64,000 bases of DNA from Lobosporangium transversale. Its lineage: Eukaryota. Below, piece after piece: positions 51,743-64,000 of this stretch. Where the stretch lies: contig NW_019029024.1 of assembly GCF_002105155.1 (NCBI RefSeq), forward strand, positions 62,001 to 126,000. The letters are read 5' to 3'. Each line of letters starts with the position of its first letter. The first letter of the stretch is position 1. The position numbers and the translations under genes are program-made. The notes under the pieces are model-generated. The model searched no databases. It was not told the DNA's origin and saw only the letters and a list, made by a program, of their open reading frames with translations.

Positions 51743-52480
51743 TTAGCGTGGAGGATTATGGGAGGAAGCCTCCCCTTGAGGGATTGGGTAGGCAGTACCC
51801 TGTGGTTGACCAGATGGTGGACCGTATGGAGCAGTGTAGGCTGTTGCCGGGGCAGCTGGGGGAGGATAGGTTGTTGTTGAAGAAGCTGGAGGGGGGTATG
51901 CGGGGGGTGCTCCTGAGTATGCTGAATCAGTAGGAGGATACCCACCCGTGCCAGGTGGATACGCTGCGTAAGTGCCTGTGGCCTCAGGGGGCTTTTCCGA
52001 ATAAGGTGAGGAGGCTGGAGGGGGATAGCCAAAACCGGATTGTCCCTGAGGAGCATCAGCAGGGGGATATGAGGAGTTCTGGTAAGCTAAGTTAGGATCG
52101 CCTGGAGGGGGAGCATACGTTTGTTGCGGGAAGGCATATTGTTGCTGCTGGTCGGGTAAAGGTGTAACAGCGGCTTGCTGTGTGGGTACAGCCCTTGCGG
52201 CGCGGCGTCTGCGAAGGCAAAAAAGAATGATGATAAGAAGAAGCAGCACACCAAAAACAGCGGTCCAGGCATAGTTTCTGTTTTTTCTGCACTGGTACGA
52301 ATTTATACAGTGATATCCATTTGGACACCAGCGACGGGGATATTCTGAACAAATTTCTTCACGCTTCTCAAAGCGCATCACAGAACGTTTGACCAAGGGT
52401 GAGATTGGGGAGGTAAGCGCTGGGATCAGGTCAGCGCCGCCCAGAGTGTCGGCACGGACCATATTCAACGAGGAGGGCAT
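51743..52480 (-). CDS. Single-pass membrane protein with a small Cys-rich ectodomain and Pro/Tyr-rich tail (Shisa-like/Rcr1-like adaptor architecture)
   Basis: C-x6-WC-PNGYHC-x5-C, then TM YAWTAVFGVLLLLIIILFC, RRRR, and repeated YPPP/YAPPP with a PPAY motif. Confidence 0.65.
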   Translation of the reverse strand: MPSSLNMVRADTLGGADLIPALTSPISPLVKRSVMRFEKREEICSEYPRRWCPNGYHCINSYQCRKNRNYAWTAVFGVLLLLIIILFCLRRRRAARAVPTQQAAVTPLPDQQQQYAFPQQTYAPPPGDPNLAYQNSSYPPADAPQGQSGFGYPPPASSPYSEKPPEATGTYAAYPPGTGGYPPTDSAYSGAPPAYPPPASSTTTYPPPAAPATAYTAPYGPPSGQPQGTAYPIPQGEASSHNPPR

Positions 52481-52639
52481 AAGGAGAGGAATAGATGAAT
52501 TTGAGTATTATGTGAAGAAAATGAAGGAGAAGAAAAAAGAAAGAGTAGCGCGTTTGATCTTTATTATTTATTCTATTATTACCCTTAACTGACATCATCA
52601 TGTAAAAATTAACTTTATTTTCAACCCATGCTTGATAAA

Positions 52640-52783
52640 CTATCCAATAGTCTCGATCTTCACATTACGAAGCGAATTAGCAGACGAAACCATATCAAGA
52701 TATTCGTTCACACTTGTCGCACACTCTAGGTCATCGACATGACTTGCAAACATTCGATCGTAGATGATTTCTGACTCTAAAGA

Positions 52784-52816
<33 letters not shown>

Positions 52817-54230
52817 CGTCAGACGTCAGTCGTCAGTCAAAATGAAAATAAAGTACTTGATAGCTTCTTTTTCCAACAAAAAATTCTTACTTCAATATCA
52901 AAGTAGTCCAGTTTGGTCCAGCTTTCTTCATCTGCAAGACGTGCTTTATTAGGTCCACTGGCCTTCCGTGCCTCTGAATCTGTCGCACTTCGTACCTGAA
53001 CCTAAAGTATTAAAATTTTTTTATACGTATGGGATGGTAAAGGAGCTGTCAAGACACAACAAATAACATCCCAATAGTAACAATAAGAAAAATATATATT
53101 CAAGTAGTACCTGCAAAGCTTTCGCTTTCTGATCCTGTTCCACCTTCTGCTTTGCTAGCAGCTCCTTATTCTCCTCATCACTGACTTTCTTGTTGGCTTG
53201 CTTATGTTTCTCATCAATTTTATCCAGGTATTTAAAGCTAGGGCGGAGCTGTACTGCGCCATGGAATGGCGTTAAATGCATCTCATCTAATATCCACAAG
53301 AACGTAACCATTAGATATTATGGTTATACAATGGCATATTCATTCTGTCTCATTGTAGTAGGGAGTAACTCAATAAGTAATCTTACCGTTTCTCAGAACA
53401 CCTGCGAGGTAGTTAGTAGCATTAGGGATGAGTGAAGAGACTAACGTCTGTTTATCTAATAACTCCTTGTCTTCATCATCATCAGGCTCTTCATCTAATG
53501 CCGTCCTGAGAGCCTTGTCATTCATGCCCAAGGCTAGTTCCTCTCCTCTTTCCCGGTTGTACTGGCTCGCATTGGTGTCCAGAGGTATTTCCAGCTCAAT
53601 CAACTGTGAAATAGGTTTAATCCTAGCCTTGCTAGGGCTTGATTCTCGAGTATATGTAAAAGCTGCAGCCCGTACTGGATACTGAAACAAATAAAGATAC
53701 TTGGCTAGCCGTTGCGAGAGATAAACAGGTATTTCTTTAACGAGTTCATCTCCTTCATCTGCAAAGTCTGGTAGCTTGTTGCTTCCAGTATCCATTGTCG
53801 CATCTGTATCCTGATCATAGTTGTCACCATCAACATCCATCGACGCACTTTCAAAGGTGGGTGGTGAAGATTCATCATGGAGCGATAATTCGTCCATCCT
53901 TGGTTGCTCAATCACTGAATTAACTCTTTCTTTTTTCTGCTCACTTTCGCTCAAGTCTTTATGAGGTGTAACAATAGTACTGACGCTGGGTAGGACAGTG
54001 TGATTTTCATCATTGGTCGATTTCCTTTTCAGAAGGCGCTCTTCTTCCAAGCGCTCCTGTAACTGCATTTCATCCTCAATAATCCCACCTTCATCTGTGG
54101 GACTTATTGAGTTGTCATCGGCCATTTGTGCATCGTTATCAGAGCCCTCGCCTTCAGCTGGTACTACAACTTTCTTGCGAGATCGTGCAGAGCCTGAAAA
54201 ACTAGGCTTGAAGCTCATTTTAGGTGGCAT
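52640..54230 (-). CDS. RPC37: RNA polymerase III subunit C37/RPC5 (Sin N-terminal domain); 4 exons
   Basis: DELVKEIPVYLS, LYLFQYPVR, ARIKP..Q.IELEIPLD and NYLAGVL..-EMHLTPFHGAVQLRPSFKYLD. Confidence 0.93.
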
Positions 54231-54521
54231 GTTTGAAAGAGATGTGAGAAAATTGGTCAAATCGTCTGATTTATTGCTATTGAAGGCACAGCTTGATCCT
54301 TATGTTTCTCCAGTGGAATGTAATTGCCGCTGTTGTTGCTGCTGGTTTGTATGACCTTTGTATAGGCGACTTTTTTTTTTTTTTTTTTTTTTTGCAATGC
54401 GTAATGTTTCAAAATGGCAAGCCACATTCAAAATAGGCATCGTTTTTTATTGTGGTCCCTGCTCTCTTTCTGTCACCAAAGTAAATACAGTGCTGAATAA
54501 ACAAGACATCAGCAAGGCATC

Positions 54522-56688
54522 ATGGACCCCTACAATGGTGAGTTTTGAGCCCTAGCCTCTCATCTTATGTATCATGGTCGCCACATTTGATATGCCCTTG
54601 AGGCGCTCGTACACTGTCAGCTGCAATGTTTCCTGCACCATTCCTATTTTCCTGACTCTAGCATCCGCGTGTAGATAGCGATCCGGTTTTTCATGCCACG
54701 CCCCTCGAATCACCTATTGAAATCCCTACACTTCAGAACTGCCCACGGGTCCGTTTCCAGCCTACAGGAGGGAGCCGTGGAGGGCATGGACGTGGATGCT
54801 ATTCAGATAATCGCCAAAGGGCACCGTTTCAATACGGTGCATCCCAGCAAGGCGCCTTGCGCTATGATCCACAATTAGGCCTGCAGCCTCAAGGATACCA
54901 GCAATATGGACAAGGACATCTCGCCACTAATTCATACCAACAGCAGCAGCAGCAGCCTCAATTAATGCGACCTTTAATTCCCCCTATCCAGTTTCTTGAT
55001 CAACATTTGGATGTTTTTCAGGCCACATCGTATGAAGTACCTCAAGACTGCCTCAAAATTGAATATGGGCCGCCTGAAAATGTAAATTTGGATCTATTTT
55101 GCATTCAAGGGGTGGTCACTAACCTGTTAGAGAGCAAGGTATGTAAATCCCAACGGTTGCTAGCCATACTTGGAATGAGATTGGGTCACTACTGACAATC
55201 GTGAGTGTGACTTGACCTAAATGCACTTTGTAACAGAGAAAGCTTCGCGATATCCCCTCGGAAACATTTAGTCGCGCTCGCCAGCGCTGCAACCCTTATG
55301 AACTTGTGGGCTCATCCATCTTCATGAACCGTGCATCTGTCAAGTTGGCTAGCATCGATTCGCAACTTGCTTTGACTGCAACCAAAGAGGACCCAACAGC
55401 CGGGCAGGGTCGGGAAGATGATCGAAAGACTTTCCGCTTTGCCGACTTATGTTCTGGCCCTGGGGGCTTTTCTGAGTATCTTCTTTGGCGCAAGCACACT
55501 TGGGGTGAACGTGCGCGAGGATGGGCTATAACTCTCAAAGGGGACCTCGATTTTCAATTAGAACGATTCCATAAGGATGCTGTGGTTTATGAGGCCTTAA
55601 AGACGTACTATGGCAAAGATGACACGGGAAATATTCTCAAACAGGAAAATATCGATGCTTTTGCAGACATGGTGAACAAGGATACGAATGAACTCGGTGT
55701 AGGACTGGTCTCTGCGGATGGAGGCATTTCAGTTGATGGTGATGAGGCCGTACAGGAGACCCGTCTACAGCGCCTTATCCTTTGTCAAATCTTGACAATG
55801 TTCATGATCCTTCAGAAAGGTAGCTATCTTCATTTAATTTGAATTTTTGGTAATTTCCTTGTGAGTTCACTAAACGTTCTGTTGCTCACATCTGCCTTAG
55901 GTGGGGATTTTGTGGTCAAAGTGTTTGATATCTTTACACCTGTCACTGCGGGACTAGTCTGGCTTCTGTCTCGCCACTTTGAAAAGATCTGTGTTATGAA
56001 GCCATTGACAAGTCGGCCTATGAATTCTGAGCGTTATGTTGTTTGTCGACACTTGCTCAGACGTAAACCGGAGCAAGTGATTGAACATCTCAAAAAGGTG
56101 AACGCGCAATATCAGGACATAGAAGAGAGGATAGGTGTGGAGGATCCGGCAGCTTCTACTCCAGTAACCGAAGATTCTCTTAGGAAAGAGGATGTCAACC
56201 ACATCATAGATCTCAACACTTTGTTAGCAGATGTTCATTTCGTGGAGTATATCAAGCGGAACAATATCAAGACAGCTATACGACAGACTGAAGCACTAGA
56301 TGTTTTTTTGAAGTACGTTAATGAAGGACTTCGTCCAGCTTTTGATCAGGAGGCTATAAAGAAGCTGTGTTTACAGGAGTGGCGTATTCCTCCGCGTCCA
56401 CAGCCAAATCACTCTCACCATCAACATATAAAACAACAGCAGCGCTATCCCACACATGGGCCACACCATCAGCATGGCAATGCACGACATCATCCTTATC
56501 AGCCTTCGAGATCTCAGCAATACCCCCAACAGCATCAACAGCATGGATCCTCTTCGAGAGGCAGGTTACACTCTAGTACACAGCCAGGATCAGGTCGATC
56601 TTCTAACGAGCACCGCGGACAACCCGGTGTTCTTGACTCTTTATTGAACAACATGCAGCAACCTTCTCCCGGCCCTCCTAGGTATTAA
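54522..56688 (+). CDS. CMTR1: Cap-specific mRNA (nucleoside-2'-O)-methyltransferase 1-like (FtsJ/RrmJ fold); 4 exons
   Basis: RARQRCNPYE, FMNRASVKLASID, FADLCSGPGGFSEY, SADGG, GGDFVVKVFD and KPLTSRPMNSERY. The K-D-K-E tetrad is intact. Confidence 0.88.
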
Positions 56689-56830
56689 CCAATGTATACA
56701 CAGCCAATAAAGTTTGAAGTTACACGTAAAGGTTTTCGACCTGTCGCCCGATGCTAAGCCACTTTGGCGAAAGCACATAAAAATGCGTCGTTTTCCTTTG
56801 TTTGCCAGGTACTCCACACTTTTCCAGATA

Positions 56831-59747
56831 ATGGCTGACCAGCGCAAGGACAAGCGCATCAAGCTCTTTCTCGAAAGGAGCATTGAGCGACTACCTTTTG
56901 ACATCACTCAAAAGGCTGAAGAGATCTATCTTCCGTAAATATCACGTACTCCAGACAAACATGTACTCAAATGCCTACATTAAGAAGCAAGGTTTTATTC
57001 GTTCCGAAATGTACTCAAGTAATTATTGGATGAATTTGGATGATTCAAATTGATGTTTAGAGATGGCGATCCCACGGAAAAGCTGAAACGGAAAGTCAAA
57101 GTCATTACAGAGATTGCAGGAGATAAGTACGATAGGTTCACAGATAAAGTCGTAACAAAGGATGATATACATCCGGATAAGCAGCCTTCTATCATAACCA
57201 CGGCAGAACAAGGAACCACGACAGAACAAAATGCTGAGCCGGATCCAGGAATGGTAGGAGCCTCTTCAACGTCGTCAGCCGTAGCAGTACGTGCGACTTC
57301 ACCACAAGGAATATACGCAAAACTTTGGTAGGATGCCGAAAGTCGCGTAAAAATGCTGGCTTGCTTAAGTCGATAACGCATATCGCATAAAGCCTAACAC
57401 ACTCCTAACGGTACCGAAAATTTGTATATTCGCAATGTAGGCATGCACAAAGTGAAATAGGACTTGCCTTGGATGTTCTCAACATTATTATCTCTTCTTA
57501 TCAAATAAACCCTGGAACTACAGGAGGTATTGGAAGTACCAATAATGGAGCCATGCCAAACTCTGCACTTCCCCCAGGATCACTGAAATGCGACTATGTA
57601 CCCCGAGCGCCTCTGTCATTGCAAACTATGATTTCAAATGAAAAAATGGCATTGGGTAGCAAGAAACACCAACTACGCAGTGCCGCTGCTATTTTGATGC
57701 AAGGCGCTCAAAAGTTAAAGAAAGTCATGGCAGATGAGAGTCAGTTTTGGGGCGGAGCCCTTCGGCTACGGAAAAATAACTGGTGTATTGTTTCTGCTAA
57801 GACTGGGCACCACTCGACCAATCGAATTACAGGAGGATCGCAGCTTTATGTTCATTATGGATTTCAAGACGGTAAGGATTACTGTGGGTGCTTTGCACTC
57901 TAACTCTGACATTTAGAGGGCCATTATACCTGATATTAAGGGAGCCGAGATCTTATTTCCATTTTTTATTTTATATTAATGCATTCCCCATGTTGTGATA
58001 GTTGGATCGCTCTTCGGTAGTCGATCTTATGCAGAGCTAGTTCGTAATCAATCATTTTCGGGACCAAAAAAGGCAACAAGTATCGAACTCAACTTCCCAA
58101 ACAAGACCGGAAAGGTTATCGTTGTGAGCCTCGTACAGCAAGGTGCTTCACATACCTTCAGTAGGTTATTCTGCATATCATGGATTTTTTTTTTTTTTTT
58201 TTTTTTTTGAGCTACATTGGTATGTGTTAATAGCTAATCCTGAATTATCGCCTTAATATCATTATGCTAACAGAGATGCCAACGTCTAGAACCAAGAGCA
58301 CTCTACATAATCAACTCTTGGATGCTCAAAACACGCTCTTCGATGGCGAATTATATCACGAGGTTTGTCCCTGTCATAAATATCCTTGTATGTGTCACAT
58401 GATATGTTTATCGATCATAAAAATTTACCTTTTTTTTTTTCTCAGTTGACAAACGAGGCACGCTCAATGAACAACAGTGTATCCATTGTAGACAATGAAA
58501 TATTTATGCCTATTAGTGACGAATTAGAGCTCAAAATTGCTTACAGGATGCCTACGTCAGAAAACATTCCGAATCTCTCATTATCTTCGTCTGAGGATAT
58601 GGTGATGGGAGAAAGTCATGATGGCATAGAAAATCCTAACATGACAAATAGTCTTAATCGTACAGCGAATATACTACGATGCGCTATGCAGCTGATGCAA
58701 CACCGACGATATCGACAAAATATCAAGGAGCGGACAGACAGTTTTTTTAAGAGCTCTCGTCCAGGTGGGGGGAGAACTGCAGGCTCATTTGGACATATAC
58801 AACAGACACTTCAACAGCGCCCTACAGCTGTACTTAGTATGACTCTCCAAGCACTGCAATACTATTCTTTTTCAAAACGGATCCGGGACGTGATTGGCAG
58901 AGCCACTAGAAATATAAAGCAAAACTGGTGGGAGCCTGTTGATGTGTACTCGATCGATGTTAAAGCATCAACTCCAATACAAAGCAATTCAGAATTATTG
59001 ATTCCAGGGACATCTAACTTTTCATCGCGGGGAACGACAACCAACCATGGCATGGGATCTGTAGTTTCGATCAATCTTGGCGATAAAGCGCCTGCGGTAC
59101 GGTTCGTCATACGGTCTCATCCTGCACCTTGCGTCATCCTCCAGCTGACAGATCGACCTTCAGCACCAATTATGCATGTCACAGAGTTTGAGAGAGTGCT
59201 AGAGCAAGAATTGACCACGCGTGCAATTGGGCGTATTTGCGAGATTCTCAATTCGATTAAATCTTGGAACGACTCCTTGCCGACACTGCAGAGCCCCAAG
59301 TTTGTGATCGACATTGACAAACGCTGCGTTGGTGTATTTCATATGTTGCGAAGAGATAACTCAACTGCTCTTAGTACATCCACAGTGTACGAACTCATTA
59401 TGTGGATTACGTTCATGTTGTCCTTTAACAAATCTTCCGATAATGTTAATTTTTTTATTTTTTATTTTTATTTTTATATATATATATGTAGAATACTTCA
59501 ACTTGATATTAGCGCAGAGAGAGCCATAAGTATCTCTATTAATACTAAGCATGGTAGCATTAATCGATACAAAATTGTTTACTTGGAGGATCAGCAACTT
59601 CAACTACCTCAGAGTGAAGATGCAGGCACAAACAATTCCCATCCATATGACACAGCGAATTCCTCTATGACTCTGCATCAGACTGCAGGAAGGACAATGG
59701 AGGGCTTTAGAGAGTGGCTAAGACAGAGCATCATCGCAGAGCTTTAA
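56831..59747 (+). CDS. MED17: Mediator subunit Med17/Srb4; about 7 exons
   Basis: HAQSEIGLALDVLNII, LRSAAAIL..GA.KL......ESQFW...LRLR..NW, VHYGF.D.GS.F and QLLDAQNTLFDGELYHELTNEA. Confidence 0.82.
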
Positions 59748-59850
59748 CTTACAAAATACACTATGTAATAACGGACTTTGCGGCTTGGCAGTATAGTCTG
59801 CCATACTTGCAAACACAATTGATCAGCAATCTGAAGCAATCATGTGTGTG

Positions 59851-59882
<32 letters not shown>

Positions 59883-59934
59883 TCAACTAAAGTTATGTGT
59901 TTAATTATCTACTATCATTTAACTACACATTTGT

Positions 59935-62900
59935 TTAACTTCGAAGCAATGGCATTGGGTGGCCTTTTTCGATCTCTTCCAGATTGCGTTGACGAAGAGG
60001 TGTGTCGGCAAATAATGCACACAAAAGGTTCGACAATTCACGCACTTGAAACATATAGAGTTGTCCAGCTCTAAAGCGGGTCATGATCTCAGCAAATGAC
60101 AATTCAAGAATATCAGCTAAGAGCTGAAACTTTTTCCAAGACAGCACAAAATGATAAATCGGGTCCTATTCAGTCCAAAAGATTGGAGCTCCATATCAAT
60201 AAACATGAATCAATCCAGTTCGAGCACTGCAGCAATGCATTCATTGTCTACCATACTGACCTCATCCTCATATGCATCGCCTCTTATAAGCTCTACAAGG
60301 GGACTAGCATGGTCGAATTGATCTTCGCATTCAAACAAAACCCCACATAAAGCTGCAAGCTTATGTGATTCTTGTTCAGAAATATCTGTCAAACCTTCAA
60401 GCTCACGGATTACTCGCATGATTGTATCATCAAGTAGTTTGCCTAGAACCTTATAAAACGACATAGGTGACATGATCGGCTAGGACATTTCATGATGCCA
60501 CAAAAAAAAAAAAAAAAAAAAAAAAATCAGACTATGTATTATAAGAGGCCATTGCAGTATCTCTGTTAATATTCTTATAATCATTTCTAGCCATTTACCT
60601 TCCAAGCTTTGCCTAGATGCTTGAAGACAAGAACAACCTGCTTCATAGATCTCTCATAAGCAGCAAAATTACTTTCAACACTGGAGTCTCTGAAACCCCG
60701 TGCCTCGTCTACACTCTGCATTAGTTCATCCAATTGTTTTTGCTGTGATTGGGCACCAGAGAACGACAAGAAAAGTCAGTAGCCATTCATTAAGAATGAG
60801 AACGGAACGTTGATGTGTACATTCAAGTTCAAGCTCCCGTACCACTTGAATATCAAGCCATTTTTTAGCCAAATCCTTTAGCCCAGGGATAACATCATCA
60901 TATTGAACCTCATCCAATCCGGGAATTCCACTTTCCAGTCTTGCAGGCACCTTCTCCAGTTCGCGCGCAATATACATACAATCATTAAAGAAAAGGATTG
61001 CCAGAGCTGGCACATTCCCCAAAGTCCTTGCATGATGAACTGGCATTAAGGCTCGGTAAAGATCGATTAATGACCGTGTGGCTTGATAGAGATGCCTAGA
61101 ACTATACAACGAGCATCATTTTCCTATTTAGCCATCAACATACATTTGTAAACTGATAAGCTGCCTCCGCACAACATTGAGAGTTACATGGCACTTACGC
61201 CTCTTCGTTGAGCGACATGGCTTCGCCAAGAGTGCTCGTGATCATATCAACGATCTGCTTAGACTTCATACTGATTGATGAATCTTTCAGGTCCATTTCA
61301 GGGTCTTTAATACTATCCCAACTATGGATATCTTTCTCGAGTTCGTCTATCGCAAAATGCAGAGAAAGAAAGTCAAGATACTATTGGAAGACGACGAGGG
61401 AAAAGAAAAGGCTGAATACAAAACTTTTCTGACTTCAAATTACCTTGCCTATCCAACTCCCTTACATGAATGGTTTTGAAATCATCGCTCATGATTACAG
61501 CACGCCCAATCTTCAAGAGCGCATCCCTCTTATGATTAGTGTAGTGAACATCAATATGTTCAACAAAGTCGCGGAGGACTCTATCGTCAGCAGTCAGATA
61601 GCCTATTAACAGAGGGATTAGTCACGATGAGGTACTCGAATAGTGAAAGAGTGAAAATGTAGGACGCGTATCATGCATAACATGAGACATACCCATGGCA
61701 ATAAGCTTCTCTTCGAATTGAATAGCAGCCGTTGCGATGGGCCCAAATTGGTTCAATTCCTCAACGTTGGTTGGCACAAGTTTCGAGAGATGGTCAACTG
61801 AAACCATGGCACATGTCTTCTTTGCAATATTGCGCCCAATAAAGTGTACCAGTTTTTCGGTATCGGAAGGATCCTTTCTATTGTTGAACTCCGCTATTGA
61901 GTAGTCACTCAAAAAGACATCGCGATATAGGAATTGAAACACGCTAAAGATTTGATTAAATAAAGTGTCTGCAGGATAATTTAGCTGAAAGATATAATGC
62001 GAAGTACTAATAAAGCATTAGCTGCAACAATGTGTATTCGGGGGTTGACACTCCATTACCTGCTCCGTTACTATTTTCTGGAATAAGTGCGATAGTTGAA
62101 TGGTGTGCGGAGGCATAATCTCCAGAATTCTCGATGGCCAACCGTACATTTCCGTGATCTCGAATAAGCGGTTGCAGCAAATGACGAATAAGGGTATTTT
62201 GTACAACCTTGAGTTTATCGTTGATGACATCCAGGAGCATTAGTGTTCGTATGAGCTCGTGCCATCTTACAGTTCCCGGTGCTGATCTTGAGCTGGAGCG
62301 ATAGTGCGTAAGTGTTGGGACTTTAACATCATAGGATAAATTGAGTTTAAAAATGCCGCCGTTCTGTTCCGTTGGAAGTTCGAGATATATAGCACCAGCG
62401 ACTAGCTCATCCAACATTTGATCTATGGCCTCGGTCATCTTGGAGCACTGATCCTAGGATGGTATGGATATCGAGAGTGTTTAATGTTTAAAAAATATCT
62501 TATGCATATGTTAATATAGTATCTATTTTAGAAGAATAGTAAATTGTAGCTTACAGTCAGAGACTTAGTAATTTGTGAAGCGGCAACTCCTGGACTAGGA
62601 GGCTGCGCAAGGAGTTTGGCCTAAAGTAATAGGAGTAATAATAATATCTAATTAAGTCCTCATATTATTATCCTACAGTCCCAAGTATTATAAGAGTTAT
62701 CATTGATGACAAGATGTATTAAAGCGTATCTCTACGTACTGCTTGCTGGATACAATGTCCTGCCTGAAGAATCTTCCCTGCGTCCATATAGCCTTCGTAC
62801 TCGGAAAGGATATCATTAATCTAGATATAATGGAGAGCATGAAGCTTGTGATTAAAAGAGACTGAAAGTCAAACATAAAGCTAATGGCTCGTTGTAGAAA

Positions 62901-63590
62901 TTGGCATGCATGTGCATCAAGATTTACCCTTGAAAAATGGTTCAAGCCGTCCAGGATGGCGTTGCTCTCCTGCACCTTGTATGAAATTTCATGGTGATCC
63001 ACTAATGCAGACATGACCTGTTGTCTCAAACCTGTCTATTAAATTTTGATAGAGTTTGAACACTGGTTATTGAACCAGAGAACAAGAAAGAGTTGGAGGA
63101 ATGAGCCACAGATATGTAGATGTCATGAACGTGCCTCAGAGTCCATAGTTTGCGTCGCAATACTGTCTACTTGCTGAAGTAGGTCATCTATCTTGTCCTT
63201 AAGCTCCAATGAGTATTCAAACGACTCTGAGAAAGCATTGTAGTTGGCGAGTAGCTTTTTGTAAACTTGCGCCTATCATTAACGTCAGATACAATAAAAG
63301 AAATGGAGTAAGCAAATTGCTTTTTAGTAAACTAGTACTCTGATGCTTCATCGCAATAACCAGATAATGCAGCCTGTGCTCACCTTGATAGCCTGTATCT
63401 CCACGTCGACACTCGCAATTGCTTGCGCAAGTTCGTCGGTTGTTACAGGCGCGCCATTATGACCGTTAGTTGCAGGCAGCGAGGTAGATGTGCAAACGTT
63501 GGCAGGAGAAGAGATGCTATGCGATTGTTCGTCCAGGTGTGACGCGACAAAACGCGCAAATGAGTGTCCAGTGACGACGGATGTGGCCAT
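59935..63590 (-). CDS. ZW10: Centromere/kinetochore and ER-tethering protein Zw10/Dsl1; many exons
   Basis: LIDLYRALMPVHH...VPALAILFFNDCMYIA, LTDISEQESHKL and C-terminal WKKFQLLADILELSFAEI..RF..G....F...EL..LL.ALFADTPLR. Confidence 0.9.
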
Positions 63591-63762
63591 GGTATATTAG
63601 GGTGATGATTCAATGGAAGGTTTGTGCATGGGAGATCTCACATTTTTGAACTTTTGGGCGAATGGCACGTGCTCTAATCATCTCATTATAGCCGTTGAAT
63701 TCTGGCCAAAAAAAAAAAAAAAAAAAAAAAATTCTGGCCTTCCAGCCTTCTCTCCTCTTCTC

Positions 63763-64000
63763 ATGTCGTCTTACATCAACTCGCCCTTAGAATGGACGTG
63801 GTTCTCACAAGTCTTTGCTACACACTGTTTGCAGTGTTCCTCAAATCATACATCTAAAATCAATTCCTCACGACGCAGAAAGACCAACGACGATGAAGAT
63901 ATCAATGACTTCTCTTCACCACCATCGAAAATAAGGCAACTTGAGAATGATATTGTCATAGCGGTAGCAGGAACACGTAGAATGTCTTTGGATAAACAAT
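63763..64000 (+). CDS. Possible 5' part of an unidentified gene running off the window
   Basis: The frame from ATG 63763 (MSSYINSPLEWTWFSQ...) stays open to the window end and lies divergent to ZW10 across a short gap. Confidence 0.4.
   Translation, partial: MSSYINSPLEWTWFSQVFATHCLQCSSNHTSKINSSRRRKTNDDEDINDFSSPPSKIRQLENDIVIAVAGTRRMSLDKQ

Overview
Gene-dense, intron-rich eukaryotic DNA. It is most likely from an early-diverging fungus (Mortierellaceae-like); this is inferred from short GT-AG introns with CTRAC/CTAAC branch points, the FAD-monooxygenase family and the gene content. About 24 host genes could be modelled by hand. They include WBP11, DBP4, MRPL22, CCT7, MIC19, RPN11, IST1, HSP104, MRH4/DDX28-like, ALG14, RPC37, MED17, ZW10, a glyoxal oxidase, a UNC-93-like MFS transporter and an FAD monooxygenase. 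Three classes of DNA mobile element are present: (1) a 1.4 kb internally deleted Helitron in the WBP11 promoter; (2) an apparently intact, three-intron, 616-aa Crypton-like tyrosine recombinase; (3) an intact Tc1 (DD34E) element whose left TIR supplies the last codons and stop codon of a host peptidase. The most notable host genes are a membrane-anchored BtuF/CBA1-like substrate-binding protein (candidate vitamin B12 uptake), a cap1 methyltransferase (CMTR1) and a type II membrane-anchored oligopeptidase B. There is also a two-gene tandem duplication with a gene-conversion-like identical block. Exon boundaries and family assignments come from reading splice sites and recalling motifs, not from database searches.
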